Shown piece by piece: positions 11,195-22,678 of a stretch of DNA of 55,751 nt (its first letter is position 1; each line of letters begins with the position of its first letter). The DNA lies in assembly GCA_017380515.1 (NCBI GenBank), contig JAFODV010000097.1, positions 1 to 55,751 on the forward strand, written 5' to 3'. The notes beneath the pieces were generated by a model that saw only the letters and a program-made list of their open reading frames with translations, searched no databases and was not told where the DNA came from. This DNA is from Alistipes sp. (GTDB lineage Bacteria; Bacteroidota; Bacteroidia; Bacteroidales; Rikenellaceae). A program made the position numbers and the translations under genes.

Positions 11195-11370
11195 TGCTTG
11201 GCAGGTCTTCTGACTTGCCTCACTCTACGATGCCTTCCCAGGGATTTACCCCAGTGACAACTTGATGTCGTAGAGCTTTGTGAGGCTCACAGCAGCGGGA
11301 ACTGTTCGGGATTCTCACCCGATTCCCTTTTAATCTCACGTTGAGCATGCAGCCCAATGAGAACCAATGC
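11195..11370 (-). promoter_or_regulatory. Cobalamin riboswitch
   Basis: Minus strand AAGGGAATCGGGTGAGAATCCCGAACAGTTCCCGCTGCTGTGA...GTCACTG...GGGAAGG...AAGTCAGAAGACCTGCC (B12 box); upstream of the btu genes. Confidence 0.96.
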
Positions 11371-11375
11371 AATGG

Positions 11376-11383
11376 CAAAGGTA
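11376..11383 (-). promoter_or_regulatory. -7 promoter box of the B12 operon
   Basis: TACCTTTG immediately 5' of the riboswitch, with a TTTG further upstream at -33-like spacing. Confidence 0.75.
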
Positions 11384-11428
11384 GAAAAAAATATGCGACC
11401 TGCAAAAGCAAATCGCATATTTTTTTTG
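11384..11428. terminator. Intrinsic terminator after the acyl-CoA ligase gene
   Basis: AAAAAAATATGCGA...TCGCATATTTTTTT inverted repeat with A/T tails. Confidence 0.7.
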
Positions 11429-11445
11429 ATACCTATATTTAAGAG

Positions 11446-13101
11446 TTACTTCTTATCACTCTCATTTGTGGGCTTCTTGCTGCGGTCGTAGATGAAGCGA
11501 CGGATCTTCTTCGTTGGGGTCTTTTCAAACTCACCCTCGTTGTCTACAACCTTGGTAATCTTCGAGAAGCGGTTAACCTTCGAGTTGACATACTCCATCA
11601 CATCGCGCTTGATCTCCTCCATCTTGAGAGCCACTTGCTCCTTGCTCACAGCCATCTTGTGCTTGAACTCGTCGTAGGCCTCCTCCAAAGCAGAGGTGTC
11701 GAAATATACCAAGGCGATGAGCTTGCCATCCTCCTCCGTTACGACCGACTCGGCAACGAAGCGGTTAGAATTTAAAACCTCCTCGATGTCCTCTGGGTAG
11801 ATGTTCTCGCCCGAAGGGCCAACAATCATATTCTTAAGACGGCCCTTGATATAAATCCAGCCATCCTCCGATATTGCGCCAAGGTCGCCAGTGCGGAACC
11901 AGCCGTCCTCAGTGAATACTGCCTTTGTTGCCTCCTCGTTTTTGTAGTAACCCTTCATGCAACATGGGGTCTTAACAACAATCTCGCCCTGTCCTGTCTC
12001 TGGGTTAACATCGTCGAGACGAATCTGTACAGCAGGGAGTGCGGGGCCTGTTGAGCCAACGCGCACCATGTTGCCTACGCAGCCCGCAACAAGAGGAGCT
12101 GTCTCAGTGAGGCCATAGCCGATGCCGTATGGGAACTTTGCCTCGTACAAGAAGCGCTCAGCCTCGCTGTCGAACTTAGCACCACCAATAGCAAAGAAAC
12201 GCATGCGGCCACCAAAGAGTTTTTTTAGCTGCTTGCCCGCAACACGATGTAGAAGCTTGCGCGACCAATTCCAGCCATAGAGCTTACGTGTGATAGCCTT
12301 CTTTTGGAAGGTTGGCACAATCTTGCCACGATAGATCTTCTCCATGATGAGAGGTACTGAGGCAATCACCGTAGGACGCACCGCTGCCAATGCTGGCATA
12401 AGTGCCGAGGCGGTAGGTGGACGGTCCATGTAGTGAACATGAGCACCGCGCGAGAATGGGTAGATCATACCGAGGGTACACTCATAGGTGTGTGCCAATG
12501 GAAGGATCGAGAGCAACACATCATCCATGTTGTACTCGAAAAGTGGTGGAATGATTGTCGTCTGTGCCGAGATGTTGTAGTGTGTGAGCATTACGCCCTT
12601 AGGCTTAGATGTCGTGCCCGAGGTGTAGATGATAACAGCCAAGTCGTCAGGCTCAGGAATGCGCTTCTCAGCACGCTCCTCAACACGCTGCGAGATGATG
12701 TTGAGACCCTTGGTTCGGATCACGATGTTCATCTTCTCGACAGTCTCTTTCGATAGCTTGGTGTAGAGTTTATCGGATACTAATATGGCCTTAGCCTCGG
12801 CATGCTCAATGATGAGGTCTAGCTCGCTTGAGGTGAAGTCGGGGAGAATGGGCACTGCAATCATGCCTGCTGTGGTGATGGCAAAATATGAAACACCCCA
12901 GTTTGGCATGCTCGAGCTTAGGATAGCCACCTTGTCGCCAGCACCAACGCCAGCATTTAGCAACATATCCTGAACTTTCTCAACACGCTCGCCTACTTCC
13001 TCATACGATACATCCTCACCTCCAATCATTGAGAAAGCAATGCGCTTTGAGAATTTCTCAATGCTATGCTTTAATATCTCATAAAGAGTCTTAAATTCCA
13101 T
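11446..13101 (-). CDS. Long-chain fatty acid-CoA ligase (AMP-binding)
   Basis: YTSGTTSKPKG, GYGLTE, GWFRTGDLG, GENIYPEDIE motifs. Confidence 0.93.
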   Translation of the reverse strand: MEFKTLYEILKHSIEKFSKRIAFSMIGGEDVSYEEVGERVEKVQDMLLNAGVGAGDKVAILSSSMPNWGVSYFAITTAGMIAVPILPDFTSSELDLIIEHAEAKAILVSDKLYTKLSKETVEKMNIVIRTKGLNIISQRVEERAEKRIPEPDDLAVIIYTSGTTSKPKGVMLTHYNISAQTTIIPPLFEYNMDDVLLSILPLAHTYECTLGMIYPFSRGAHVHYMDRPPTASALMPALAAVRPTVIASVPLIMEKIYRGKIVPTFQKKAITRKLYGWNWSRKLLHRVAGKQLKKLFGGRMRFFAIGGAKFDSEAERFLYEAKFPYGIGYGLTETAPLVAGCVGNMVRVGSTGPALPAVQIRLDDVNPETGQGEIVVKTPCCMKGYYKNEEATKAVFTEDGWFRTGDLGAISEDGWIYIKGRLKNMIVGPSGENIYPEDIEEVLNSNRFVAESVVTEEDGKLIALVYFDTSALEEAYDEFKHKMAVSKEQVALKMEEIKRDVMEYVNSKVNRFSKITKVVDNEGEFEKTPTKKIRRFIYDRSKKPTNESDKK

Positions 13102-13195
13102 AGAGTTGTTCGGTTTTACACATGTGTATTACAAAAATCGGGTGCAAGTTACCAATATTTTATTAAAATTTCTTAATTTTGCTGTAAAATTTTCA

Positions 13196-14104
13196 ATGAT
13201 CACCAAGAATCTTATAATAGAATTGGCAAAAAGTGTAGGTTTCGACCTTGTTGGGGTGGTACCTGCTGGTGTGCTTGTCGACGAGCGTAAACGCTTCGAA
13301 GAGTGGATGTTAGATGGAAATCACTCTACGTTGCAATATCTTGAGCGTAATGTCGAGAAGCGCTTTGATATGACTAAATTGGTCGAAAATGCGCATAGTG
13401 TGGTGGTGTGTGCAGTCTCCTACCTATCGCCATATAGCCGAGGCTATCGTGATGCGTGGAGGGCAAAGATTGCGTCGTATGCACTAAATGTTGACTACCA
13501 CGTGACCATAAAGTCGATGCTTTGGGAGCTTGCAGAAAAACTAAAAAACTATGCTCCTGAGCTTCAATATCGTGCCTTTGTTGACTCGGCTCCTGTGGCC
13601 GAGAAGAGCCTTGCCGTGAGGGCTGGATTGGGCTGGATTGGCCGACAGTCGCTTGTCGTAAATCCTAAGTTAGGTTCGATGATGCATCTTGGTGAATTGG
13701 TTATCAATATAGCTGTTGATGAGTATGATACGCCGATGCAGGGGGTAGATTGCGGCAGCTGTCGACGATGTGTTGAGGCGTGCCCAAACCAGGCTATCTT
13801 GGCAAATCGGACAATAGACACGCGTCGATGTATATCGTGTCGCACTATCGAGCGAGAGGGGTGCGATGATAGCATCACGCTTGATGGCTGGATTTTTGGT
13901 TGCGATGCATGCCAGTCGGTATGCCCATTCAATGAGCATGCACCGCTGCACATAAATCCAAAGTTTGACCCTTGTGTCGACCCTTATGAGCTTACTCCCG
14001 AGCGCTGGAGGGCGATGACCGAGGAGGAGTTTTCTCAGATTGCTGCCACCACGCCAATGACACGCAGTGGGCTACAACGTATCAAAACCAATCTTGACAA
14101 GTAG
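13196..14104 (+). CDS. queG: Epoxyqueuosine reductase (cobalamin/Fe-S)
   Basis: DYH, VDSAPVAEK, AGLGWIG, CGSCRRCVEACP, CISC, GCDACQSVCPFN; start moved to ATG 13196, downstream of TAATTTTG at 13174-13181. Confidence 0.93.
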   Translation: MITKNLIIELAKSVGFDLVGVVPAGVLVDERKRFEEWMLDGNHSTLQYLERNVEKRFDMTKLVENAHSVVVCAVSYLSPYSRGYRDAWRAKIASYALNVDYHVTIKSMLWELAEKLKNYAPELQYRAFVDSAPVAEKSLAVRAGLGWIGRQSLVVNPKLGSMMHLGELVINIAVDEYDTPMQGVDCGSCRRCVEACPNQAILANRTIDTRRCISCRTIEREGCDDSITLDGWIFGCDACQSVCPFNEHAPLHINPKFDPCVDPYELTPERWRAMTEEEFSQIAATTPMTRSGLQRIKTNLDK

Positions 14105-14111
14105 AGCGAAT

Positions 14112-14138
14112 GTGGCTATCCCAAATAAGGGTAGCCAC
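14112..14138 (+). terminator. Terminator hairpin after queG
   Basis: GTGGCTATCCC-loop-GGGTAGCCAC followed by a T-rich tract. Confidence 0.7.
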
Positions 14139-14269
14139 TCTCTTTTATGTTCATTGTTGTGCAAATATCTCACTTTGAAGTAATTTTTCGCTATGTAGGC
14201 ACGTTTATCAGGCAAATATTATTATATTTGCAAGTTAATTCGTGTGATTAGAAAATATAAAAGCAAAAT

Positions 14270-17200
14270 ATGGAACTATTTAAGCGCTGGAATAACTATG
14301 TGGGCTGGGGAGTATTTTTGATTGCTACCCTCTCATATTTCCTTACCATTGAGCCAACAACGAGCCTTTGGGATTGTAGCGAGTATATCGCAACATCATA
14401 TAAACTCGAAGTGGGTCACCCCCCTGGAGCACCTCTCTTCATGATGTTGGCACGCTTGGCGTCGCTGCTTGCGCCATCGCCCGAGTATGTGCCTATGATG
14501 ATCAATGGACTAAATGCACTTGCCAGTGGCTTCTGCATCCTCTTCTTGTTTTGGACTATCACACATCTTGCTCGACGAATAACAACACGTGAGGGTGGCG
14601 ATATGAGTGTGAGCCGCACGATATTTGTCCTCATGGCGGGTGCTGTGGGTGCCTTGTCATATGCCTACACCGACACCTTCTGGTTCTCGGCTGTCGAGGG
14701 CGAGGTGTATGCCATGTCGTCGATGTTTACAGCCCTTGTTGTATGGCTTATGCTACGCTGGGAGGAGAATGCTGATCGTCACACGTCTATGCGCTGGATA
14801 ATACTCATCGCCTATCTCATGGGTCTATCAATCGGTGTGCATATCCTTAACCTGCTTACTATCCCTGCGTTGGTTATGATATGGTTCTTCCGTCGATATG
14901 AGTATCGCTCGGCATGGGACTATGCTCTAAAAATCATCTATTCGTTGATTGTGTCAATGCTTATTTTGGGCGCAATCAATGGTGTTATCATTCCATATAC
15001 CGTGGCTCTTGGTGCGGCTGGCGACACCTTTACTGTGAACAACTGGGGCTTGCCTGTAAATGTGGGTATGGTTCTCTATCTTGTTGTTGTGTTTGCCGCT
15101 TTGGGCTTCCTTATCGTCTATACGCATAATCGTGCTAAACGCATAGCAAATGTTGTGGTGTTGAGTCTTACGGTGATACTCATTGGCTTCTCGTCGTATG
15201 CCATGGTCATCATTCGAGCTAATGCTAATCCTCCGATGAACTCTAACAATCCATGGAATCCTCATACGTTGCTTAGTATGCTTAACCGCGATCAGTATGG
15301 TCAGCGACCATTGGTTCGTGGTCCATACTACTCGGCTCAGCCACTATCACCTGTTGTGCTAAATCCAGATATCAATAGCGAGGATACCTATCTTCCTGGC
15401 GAGTATGACTCGGCTGTGATGACATGGTATAACCCCGATACCAAGCAGTACGAGGAGCGCGAGATCTTCGAGAGCTATGTATACCCTTCGGAGGCTATGC
15501 GCCTCTTCCCTCGTATGTGGTTCTTCCAGCGTAAGGAGGCATACGAGAGCAGCTGGGTAGAGTTGGATAATAGGAAGCCTGCGGTTAAGCGCACGGCCGA
15601 GGGTGCTGGCGAGTGGTATGAGCCTACGGCATGGGAGGATATTCGCTACTTCATCGGCTACCAGATGGGCGATATGTTCTGGCGCTACTTCATGTGGAAC
15701 TTTGTGGGCCGTCAGGATGATATCCAGTTGCAAAAAGATGAGAGTGGCCGCTATCTGCATGGCGGCTGGTCATCGGGCATAGGCTTCGTAGATCAGATGT
15801 TCTGTGGTGTGCAGAGTAACTTGCCAAGTGACATGCGTGATAACGCTGCGCACAACACCTACTTCTTCTTGCCATTGTTGCTTGGTTTGATGGGTCTTAT
15901 CTATCAGCTCAACCGTGACTGGCGCAACTTCTTTGTTGTGTTGCTCTTGTTTGTGATGATGGGTATTGCCCTTGTTGTCTACTTTAATACAGCTCCTAAC
16001 GAGCCACGTGAGCGTGACTACGTATATGCTGGAGCCTTCTACGCCTTCTCTATTTGGATAGGTATTGGTGTGCTCGCTATTGCCGACCTATTTAGGGATT
16101 TGTCACATCGCATGAAGCTTAGTCCTAAGCGTGCTACAACCGTAACCATTGTAGCAACGTTGCTTCTCTCGTCAAGTGTCCCTGTGGTGCTTGCTGCCGA
16201 GAACTGGGACGACCACGACCGTTCTGGTCGCTACTATGCTCACGACATCGGCTGGAACTATTTGCAGTCGCTGCCCGAGAATGCCATCATCATCAACTAT
16301 GGCGATAACGACACATTCCCATTGTGGTATTGCCAGGAGGTTGAGGGCGTGCGCAAAGATGTGCGCATCATGAACTCTTCATATCTTGGTGGCGAATGGT
16401 ATGTCGACGAGATGAAGCTTGCAGCAAACGATGCTGATGGTGTGCCATTCACAATTCCGTCGACAAAGTATAGCTTTGTTAACGATTGGGCATTGGTTGT
16501 TGACCTTGTTGAGGTTCTCGACACAAAGGAGGCACGTGACCTACGTGCAATGCGTCGTCAAATCGAGAGCATGGAGACCTACACCATCCGCTACTACGAC
16601 ATCGATAACCGCATGCGTCAGATAGATGGCACGTTCTACGACATCTATGACACTATGATAGAGGCGGAGGATGCTGTGAGAGAGCTTGAGCCTATGGTGC
16701 AGCAGATACTTGATAATCCAAATGTAGAGCCTAACGACCAGGAGTATGAGGCGATATTGACCTATGAGTTGGCCTATAACATTATTGATGGTATCTCTGC
16801 TAACGAGAAGTTTACGAAGGACTACGACACGATGACGCGTTACTGGGGTCTCAATAGCAAGTTAAAGGGTGAACTCAACCTTAAGGATGTTATAGCACTA
16901 TTCAAGTCGGACGAGTCTATGTATTTGGCTACTGATGGCTATAATCCTCGCATCTTGGCTGAGGGTGAGCCACTTCCTGAGGGCTATAGCTGGATTGGAA
17001 AACTTAAGCCAACAGTAAATAGCCACATTGATGGCAAGACTGTGGACTACATATTGGCTGCCGATGGCTACTATATCCCTGTGGATAAGGATGCAGCTAT
17101 CGAGGCCAAGATTGTTGATGAGAGCGAACGTGACATGATTGTGGATAGGGTGAATGTGAAGCTCGATAAGAGTGTTATTACCCGTGATCACCTGATGATG

Positions 17201-18388
17201 CTTGATCTATTTGCTAACTTCGACTGGAAACGTCCATTGGCCTTTACGCAGGCATCAATGATGAGCGACTATGGCATCGTTGATTATGCTCGATTCAACG
17301 GCTATGGCTACCTATTTGTGCCTATCAAGACTCCGTATGTCCGAGGTGCTGACATTGGCAGCATGGATGTCGACAAGGTTGTTGACCTATATCTTGGCGA
17401 TGGCAATAGCGAGTTGAATCAGCCATTGCGCTTTGGTGGCTTGAATAACGACGATGTCTATGTAGACTATTTTGTGCGTTTCAACCTATCGGCGTCGCAC
17501 CTTCGTGAAAACTTCACCCGTATTGCCTCGGCATATATGCGTCGTGGCACAGATGCCGATGTTGAGATTGCTGAGCGTCTTTTGGATAGAGGTCTCGAGG
17601 TGTTGCCACCTAAGAGAGTAGGCTATGAGCATAACCAGGTATTGCCATATATCCATGGCTACTACTATGGTGGTCTCCACTATATGGATAATGCCAATAA
17701 AAACCTCGAGAATGCTATAACTCTCATGAGCGATAAACTCGGTATGAATCCCGAGATTAAAGATAGTGAAGATGTGTTTGCAAACTATGGCGAGCTATCT
17801 GAGTTGGCTGCTGCGTTGCAGTCTACGGCACGTAAGCAGGGTGTGTCTACCGAGGAGGCTGACAAGCTGTTGGCATTGAGCGACAAGGATTCACAGCTCT
17901 CGGATGCTATCTTTGAGAAGGGAGATAAACTTGCAGTGGAGTATATCGCTAAGCGTGGTGAGTGGGTTGACTACTACCTACAATTCAACACTAAGAATAG
18001 CCTCTCACCAACGGTAAGCTCGGAACTATTTAATGCTATGCTCGATGTTATTGAGGTTGTGAAGATTAGCCATCACTTCTCTGGTAGTTTCGAGTGGGTG
18101 GCTAACCCCACTGAGAATAGTAAGATGGTTGAGAATCAGCTATCGTTCGACAGACTTGCTACCGACTATATCAACTTCGTGAACCGCCTAACACCAGGTG
18201 ATGAGAACGATGTATATATGCGCCTCATGGAGCCACATATTAGCAACGTCATAGAGATTTATAGTACGTTGCCATCGTCGCGCCTTGTTAATGGTCAGGT
18301 GGTCGATGCCGAGTATGTTGAGCCTATGGAAAAACTTCTTGGCCGTCGTGAGCTTCAGGATATGATTAGTGATATGATAAACGAATAA
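14270..18388 (+). CDS. DUF2723 (TMEM260-like) multi-TM membrane glycosyltransferase, elongated
   Basis: [47 protein letters not shown]; promoter box TATATTTG at 14223. Confidence 0.88.
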   Translation: MELFKRWNNYVGWGVFLIATLSYFLTIEPTTSLWDCSEYIATSYKLEVGHPPGAPLFMMLARLASLLAPSPEYVPMMINGLNALASGFCILFLFWTITHLARRITTREGGDMSVSRTIFVLMAGAVGALSYAYTDTFWFSAVEGEVYAMSSMFTALVVWLMLRWEENADRHTSMRWIILIAYLMGLSIGVHILNLLTIPALVMIWFFRRYEYRSAWDYALKIIYSLIVSMLILGAINGVIIPYTVALGAAGDTFTVNNWGLPVNVGMVLYLVVVFAALGFLIVYTHNRAKRIANVVVLSLTVILIGFSSYAMVIIRANANPPMNSNNPWNPHTLLSMLNRDQYGQRPLVRGPYYSAQPLSPVVLNPDINSEDTYLPGEYDSAVMTWYNPDTKQYEEREIFESYVYPSEAMRLFPRMWFFQRKEAYESSWVELDNRKPAVKRTAEGAGEWYEPTAWEDIRYFIGYQMGDMFWRYFMWNFVGRQDDIQLQKDESGRYLHGGWSSGIGFVDQMFCGVQSNLPSDMRDNAAHNTYFFLPLLLGLMGLIYQLNRDWRNFFVVLLLFVMMGIALVVYFNTAPNEPRERDYVYAGAFYAFSIWIGIGVLAIADLFRDLSHRMKLSPKRATTVTIVATLLLSSSVPVVLAAENWDDHDRSGRYYAHDIGWNYLQSLPENAIIINYGDNDTFPLWYCQEVEGVRKDVRIMNSSYLGGEWYVDEMKLAANDADGVPFTIPSTKYSFVNDWALVVDLVEVLDTKEARDLRAMRRQIESMETYTIRYYDIDNRMRQIDGTFYDIYDTMIEAEDAVRELEPMVQQILDNPNVEPNDQEYEAILTYELAYNIIDGISANEKFTKDYDTMTRYWGLNSKLKGELNLKDVIALFKSDESMYLATDGYNPRILAEGEPLPEGYSWIGKLKPTVNSHIDGKTVDYILAADGYYIPVDKDAAIEAKIVDESERDMIVDRVNVKLDKSVITRDHLMMLDLFANFDWKRPLAFTQASMMSDYGIVDYARFNGYGYLFVPIKTPYVRGADIGSMDVDKVVDLYLGDGNSELNQPLRFGGLNNDDVYVDYFVRFNLSASHLRENFTRIASAYMRRGTDADVEIAERLLDRGLEVLPPKRVGYEHNQVLPYIHGYYYGGLHYMDNANKNLENAITLMSDKLGMNPEIKDSEDVFANYGELSELAAALQSTARKQGVSTEEADKLLALSDKDSQLSDAIFEKGDKLAVEYIAKRGEWVDYYLQFNTKNSLSPTVSSELFNAMLDVIEVVKISHHFSGSFEWVANPTENSKMVENQLSFDRLATDYINFVNRLTPGDENDVYMRLMEPHISNVIEIYSTLPSSRLVNGQVVDAEYVEPMEKLLGRRELQDMISDMINE

Positions 18389-18399
18389 ACAATATAACT

Positions 18400-19869
18400 A
18401 TGCAGAAAATTCAGTTGTACAACACGCTCACTCGTCGTAAGGAGGAGTTTGAGCCAATCAACCCAGAGCATGTAGGAATGTATGTTTGTGGCCCTACAGT
18501 ATATGGTGATCCACACTTGGGCCATGCTCGTCCAGCCGTTACCTTCGATCTTATGTTCCGCTACCTTCAGTCGTTGGGCTATAAGGTGCGCTATGTGCGT
18601 AACATCACTGACGTAGGCCACCTCGAGCAGGATGCCGACGATGGCGAGGATAAGATTGCTAAGAAGGCACGCCTCGAGCAGCTTGAGCCTATGGAGATTG
18701 CGCACTACTACACCGAGCGCTATCGTGATGCTATGCGCGAGCTCGGCGTTAAGTCGCCATCTATCGAGCCACATGCCTCAGGACATATCATCGAGCAGAT
18801 TGCTATGGTGCAGCGCATCATTGACGCAGGCTATGCATACGAGTCAAATGGCTCTATCTATTTCGATGTTGAGAAGTATAACAAGGACTACCGCTATGGT
18901 CGCCTCTCAGGTCGTAACCTCGATGACATCGTGACAAACACACGTGAGCTTGATGGTCAGAGCGATAAGCACCACTCTTACGACTTTGCACTATGGAAGA
19001 AGGCGGCGCCTGAGCACATCATGCGCTGGCCATCGCCATGGAGCGACGGCTTCCCAGGCTGGCATATGGAGTGCTCGGCAATGAGCACAAAATATCTCGG
19101 CGAGCAGTTCGACATCCACGGTGGTGGTATGGATCTTATGTTCCCACACCACGAGTGTGAGATTGCGCAGTCGACAGCGGCTCTCGGCAAGGACTCTGCA
19201 CGATACTGGGTGCATAACAACATGATTACTATCAATGGTCAGAAGATGGGTAAGTCGTTGGGTAACTTCATCACCCTCGAACAGCTATTCACAGGTAATC
19301 ACCCGATACTTGAGCAGGCATACACACCTATGACCATTCGTTTCTTCGTGCTTCAGGCACACTACCGCTCAACGCTCGACTTCTCGAACGACGCGTTGCA
19401 GGCGGCAGAGAAGGGTCTTGATCGCTTGATGAAGGGTATTGAGGCGTTGGGTAAGATTAAGCCAGCGGATAAGTCTACAGCCGATGTTAGCGAGCTTGAG
19501 CGTCGCTGCGCTGAGGCTATGGCTGATGACCTTAACTCGCCAATGGTTATCTCGGCGCTCTTCGACTGGGTACGTATCATCAATCAGGCAGTTGAGGGTC
19601 AGCAGACATTCACTGCTGAGGATATCGAAAAGCTTAAGGCTATTGTAAGCCTATACGTATTCGACATACTTGGCTTACGCAATGAGAAGGCTGCTGAGGC
19701 TGGTGGCAAGGATATGGTATCACCTCTTGTTGACATGCTCCTTACCATGCGTATGGAGGCAAAGGCTAACAAGGATTGGGCGACATCGGACAAGATTCGT
19801 GATAACCTCACAGCCATTGGAATTCGTGTGAAAGACCGTAAAGATGGCTTTGACTGGGAGATCGAGTAA
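18400..19869 (+). CDS. cysS: Cysteinyl-tRNA synthetase
   Basis: [34 protein letters not shown] motifs. Confidence 0.99.
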   Translation: MQKIQLYNTLTRRKEEFEPINPEHVGMYVCGPTVYGDPHLGHARPAVTFDLMFRYLQSLGYKVRYVRNITDVGHLEQDADDGEDKIAKKARLEQLEPMEIAHYYTERYRDAMRELGVKSPSIEPHASGHIIEQIAMVQRIIDAGYAYESNGSIYFDVEKYNKDYRYGRLSGRNLDDIVTNTRELDGQSDKHHSYDFALWKKAAPEHIMRWPSPWSDGFPGWHMECSAMSTKYLGEQFDIHGGGMDLMFPHHECEIAQSTAALGKDSARYWVHNNMITINGQKMGKSLGNFITLEQLFTGNHPILEQAYTPMTIRFFVLQAHYRSTLDFSNDALQAAEKGLDRLMKGIEALGKIKPADKSTADVSELERRCAEAMADDLNSPMVISALFDWVRIINQAVEGQQTFTAEDIEKLKAIVSLYVFDILGLRNEKAAEAGGKDMVSPLVDMLLTMRMEAKANKDWATSDKIRDNLTAIGIRVKDRKDGFDWEIE

Positions 19870-20122
19870 TTTGTTGTGATAAGGGGTCATCTTCGGCACC
19901 AAACTCATTGCCCCGAAAGGGGATATACGCTAAGTATACCCCCTTCCGTGTCAATCTCACTTGGCACCAAATCTAACCCCTTCTAACAACAAATTATTTC
20001 TCGTGATAAGTCATCATCTACTGCCGCTAACGAATTATCTCGTCAATGGGCAGTACCTCGAGTACAGCCCATCGTCTCGAAATTCGCCGAGCGTTGTATC
20101 TGATGCCTTCTAACGAGAAATT
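19868..20122 (+). repeat. Tandem pair of ~127-bp hairpin units (U1 19868-19995, U2 19996-20122)
   Basis: Each begins TTT-N3-GTGATAAG and ends CTTCTAAC-N3-AAATT; apexes ATAC-GCTAA-GTAT and GTAC-CTCGA-GTAC. Confidence 0.85.
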
Positions 20123-20280
20123 GGTGCACTGATTTATGTGAGTAGGCGCTGGATAAATGGGAGCGCTACGCTTAATGAAAATTACTCATTAAGCCCATCT
20201 GTCCCATTCGTCCTATCTATCCCATAAAATAAACCCGTGCAAAGCACACCATACCTTTCACTTTGTAAACAAACACCATT

Positions 20281-21381
20281 ATGGTATCTAACGAACAGAT
20301 AAACTCGCTATCGGCACGTGTGGCAAAGCTTGAGGAGTCGATAGACATCGAGCAGCGTCGCATCGACCTATGTAACGAGCAGGAGCGCACTGAGGAGCCT
20401 ACATTCTGGGATAACCCCGACGAGGCACGCAAGCAGCTTAAAAAGGTTGCTGACATAAAAGCTGTGATCGAGGAGTGGGAGAGTGCTCAGCGTGTTGTGG
20501 GCGACTTGGAGCTTGTAGCTGACTTCGTTGCCGAGGACGCCATGACCGAAGCTGAGGCTGACGAGCAATATGCAGCAGCCGTGGAGCTTGTCGAAAAATT
20601 GGAGCTAAAGCAGATGCTTTCGGGCAAGGAGGATAAACTCGGCGCTATCATGGACATAAATGCTGGTGCTGGAGGTACAGAGGCTCTGGACTGGGCACAG
20701 ATGCTCATGCGCATGTACACACGCTGGGGTGAGGCTCACGGCTTCACCGTAAAGGTTGTGGCCTATCAGGCAGGTGATGAGGTGGGCGTTAAGTCGTGTA
20801 CTTTGGAGTTCGAGGGCGACTATGCCTATGGCTACCTGCGCTCCGAGAGTGGCGTGCACCGCATGGTGCGCCTATCGCCATTTAATGCCAACAACAAGCG
20901 CCAGACGACCTTTGTGTCGGTGTTTGTGTCGCCAATGGTCGATGATTCTATAGAGATTAACATCTCACCAGCCGACATCGAGTGGGATACGTTCCGCGCA
21001 AGTGGTGCGGGTGGTCAGAACGTAAACAAGGTGGAGACCGCCGTGCGCCTGCGCTACCATGGCAAAGATCCCGATACGGGAGAGCCAGTAGAGTTCCTTA
21101 TCGAGAATATGGAGACTCGTTCGCAGCTAAACAATCGCGAGAATGCCATGCGTATCTTGCGCTCGAAGCTCTATCAGCGTGAGTTGGATAAGCGTATGGC
21201 GACTCAGCAGGCGTTGGAGGCAACGAAGAAGCGCATAGAGTGGGGGTCACAAATACGAAGCTATGTCTTCGATGACAGACGTGTTAAGGATCATCGTACG
21301 GGCTATCAGACATCGAATGTTGATGCAGTGATGGACGGCGACATCGACGGATTCATTAAAGAGTACCTACTTCAATACTAA
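20281..21381 (+). CDS. prfB: Peptide chain release factor 2, uninterrupted ORF
   Basis: GAGGTEA, SPF, GGQ, WGSQIRSY motifs; no internal TGA. Confidence 0.98.
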   Translation: MVSNEQINSLSARVAKLEESIDIEQRRIDLCNEQERTEEPTFWDNPDEARKQLKKVADIKAVIEEWESAQRVVGDLELVADFVAEDAMTEAEADEQYAAAVELVEKLELKQMLSGKEDKLGAIMDINAGAGGTEALDWAQMLMRMYTRWGEAHGFTVKVVAYQAGDEVGVKSCTLEFEGDYAYGYLRSESGVHRMVRLSPFNANNKRQTTFVSVFVSPMVDDSIEINISPADIEWDTFRASGAGGQNVNKVETAVRLRYHGKDPDTGEPVEFLIENMETRSQLNNRENAMRILRSKLYQRELDKRMATQQALEATKKRIEWGSQIRSYVFDDRRVKDHRTGYQTSNVDAVMDGDIDGFIKEYLLQY

Positions 21382-21384
21382 GCC

Positions 21385-22590
21385 ATGTTAAGAGCATTAC
21401 AAATACTCATGCTGGCTATCATGCTGGTGTCGTGTGCTGGGCGTGAAGCAAGGGCTGAACATCTTGCCAGTGGTGGTGCGGTTGTCGAACGTGGTGAGGT
21501 GTTGGTGGGCGCTACTGACACTACTCAATATATGCCTCTATTAAGAGGTAAGCGAGTAGCTGTCTTGGCAAACCATACGGCGATGTTCTCCAAGGAGGAG
21601 CATATCGTTGACATGATGCACCGTGAGGGCATCAATCTTGCTGGCATCTTTGCCCCTGAGCATGGCTTTCGTGGCTCGATAGAGGCGGGTGCCATAGTAA
21701 AAAATTCGGTTGATGAGCGCACGGGAGTGCCCATCTTGTCGCTATATACGGGAAATAAGAAGCGTCCCTCGGACGAGGTGATGCGCTCGTTTGATGTGCT
21801 CGTTGTTGATATGCAGGATGTGGGACTTAGGTTCTATACCTATTATATTACTATGCTCCAAATTATGGAGGTGTGTGCCGAGTATGGCCAGAGGGTCATT
21901 GTGCTGGATCGACCCAATCCCAATGGTCACTATGTCGACGGCCCTATTCTCGACATGAAGTATAAGTCGGGTGTGGGGTGGTTGCCTATACCCGTTGTGC
22001 ATGGCCTCACGATGGGTGAGATTGCCACAATGGCTATTGGTGAGGGTTGGGTGCCGAGTGTGGAGCTTGTGGTTGTGAAGTGTCGCAACTATGACCATAA
22101 TACTCATTATACTCTACCTATTGCGCCATCGCCAAATCTGCCTACGCAGCACTCCATATATCTATATCCGTCGACATGTCTGTTTGAGGGTACTGTTTTG
22201 AGTATGGGACGTGGCACAGAAGCCCCATTCGAGATTTATGGCCATCCTGCAATGCGTGGCTACGACTTTAGCTTTACGCCTCAGCCAAATGCTGGCTCAA
22301 AGACTCCACCACACAATGGCGTGAAGTGCTATGGTGTCGATTTGCGTGGCGTAAGCGACGAGGAGGTGTGGCAGAATGGTGTTAATATCGACTACTTGGT
22401 CGATGCCTACAACAACCTTAATATGGGCGATAAGTTTTTTAAGCCTGTGTTTGAAAAACTCATAGGCGTAGACTATGTGCGCTCTATGATTGTGGAGGGC
22501 TACTCGGCCCAAGAGATTAAGGCCCGCTGGGCAGATGATGTTGCTAAGTTTAAGGAGCAACGTCGTAAGTATCTGTTATATGCAGAGTAA
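21385..22590 (+). CDS. DUF1343 / NamZ-like exo-beta-N-acetylmuramidase lipoprotein
   Basis: LVSC lipobox, PEHGFRG, DMQDVGLRFYTY, DRPNP, PSPNLP. Confidence 0.88.
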   Translation: MLRALQILMLAIMLVSCAGREARAEHLASGGAVVERGEVLVGATDTTQYMPLLRGKRVAVLANHTAMFSKEEHIVDMMHREGINLAGIFAPEHGFRGSIEAGAIVKNSVDERTGVPILSLYTGNKKRPSDEVMRSFDVLVVDMQDVGLRFYTYYITMLQIMEVCAEYGQRVIVLDRPNPNGHYVDGPILDMKYKSGVGWLPIPVVHGLTMGEIATMAIGEGWVPSVELVVVKCRNYDHNTHYTLPIAPSPNLPTQHSIYLYPSTCLFEGTVLSMGRGTEAPFEIYGHPAMRGYDFSFTPQPNAGSKTPPHNGVKCYGVDLRGVSDEEVWQNGVNIDYLVDAYNNLNMGDKFFKPVFEKLIGVDYVRSMIVEGYSAQEIKARWADDVAKFKEQRRKYLLYAE

Positions 22591-22622
22591 ATGACTCGAA
22601 ATAAGGTGTTAGGCTAAATATT

Positions 22623-22660
22623 AAAATTGCCTGTCCAAACTCTATTGGACAGGCAATTTT
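22623..22660. terminator. Bidirectional terminator between convergent genes
   Basis: AAAATTGCCTGTCCAA-loop-TTGGACAGGCAATTTT. Confidence 0.85.
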
Positions 22661-22678
22661 GGTAATATGTGCTATCTA

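Noticed and set aside
11014-11411. Two short ORFs upstream of the B12 operon
   Set aside because: They overlap the riboswitch and promoter; no supporting features
19868-20122. Canonical integron attC sites or box C/D k-turn RNAs
   Set aside because: Ends do not follow the RYYYAAC...GTTRRRY order, there are no cassette ORFs between units and no intI. GTGATA/CTRA resembles boxes C/D but lacks the 3-nt bulge and G-C pair.
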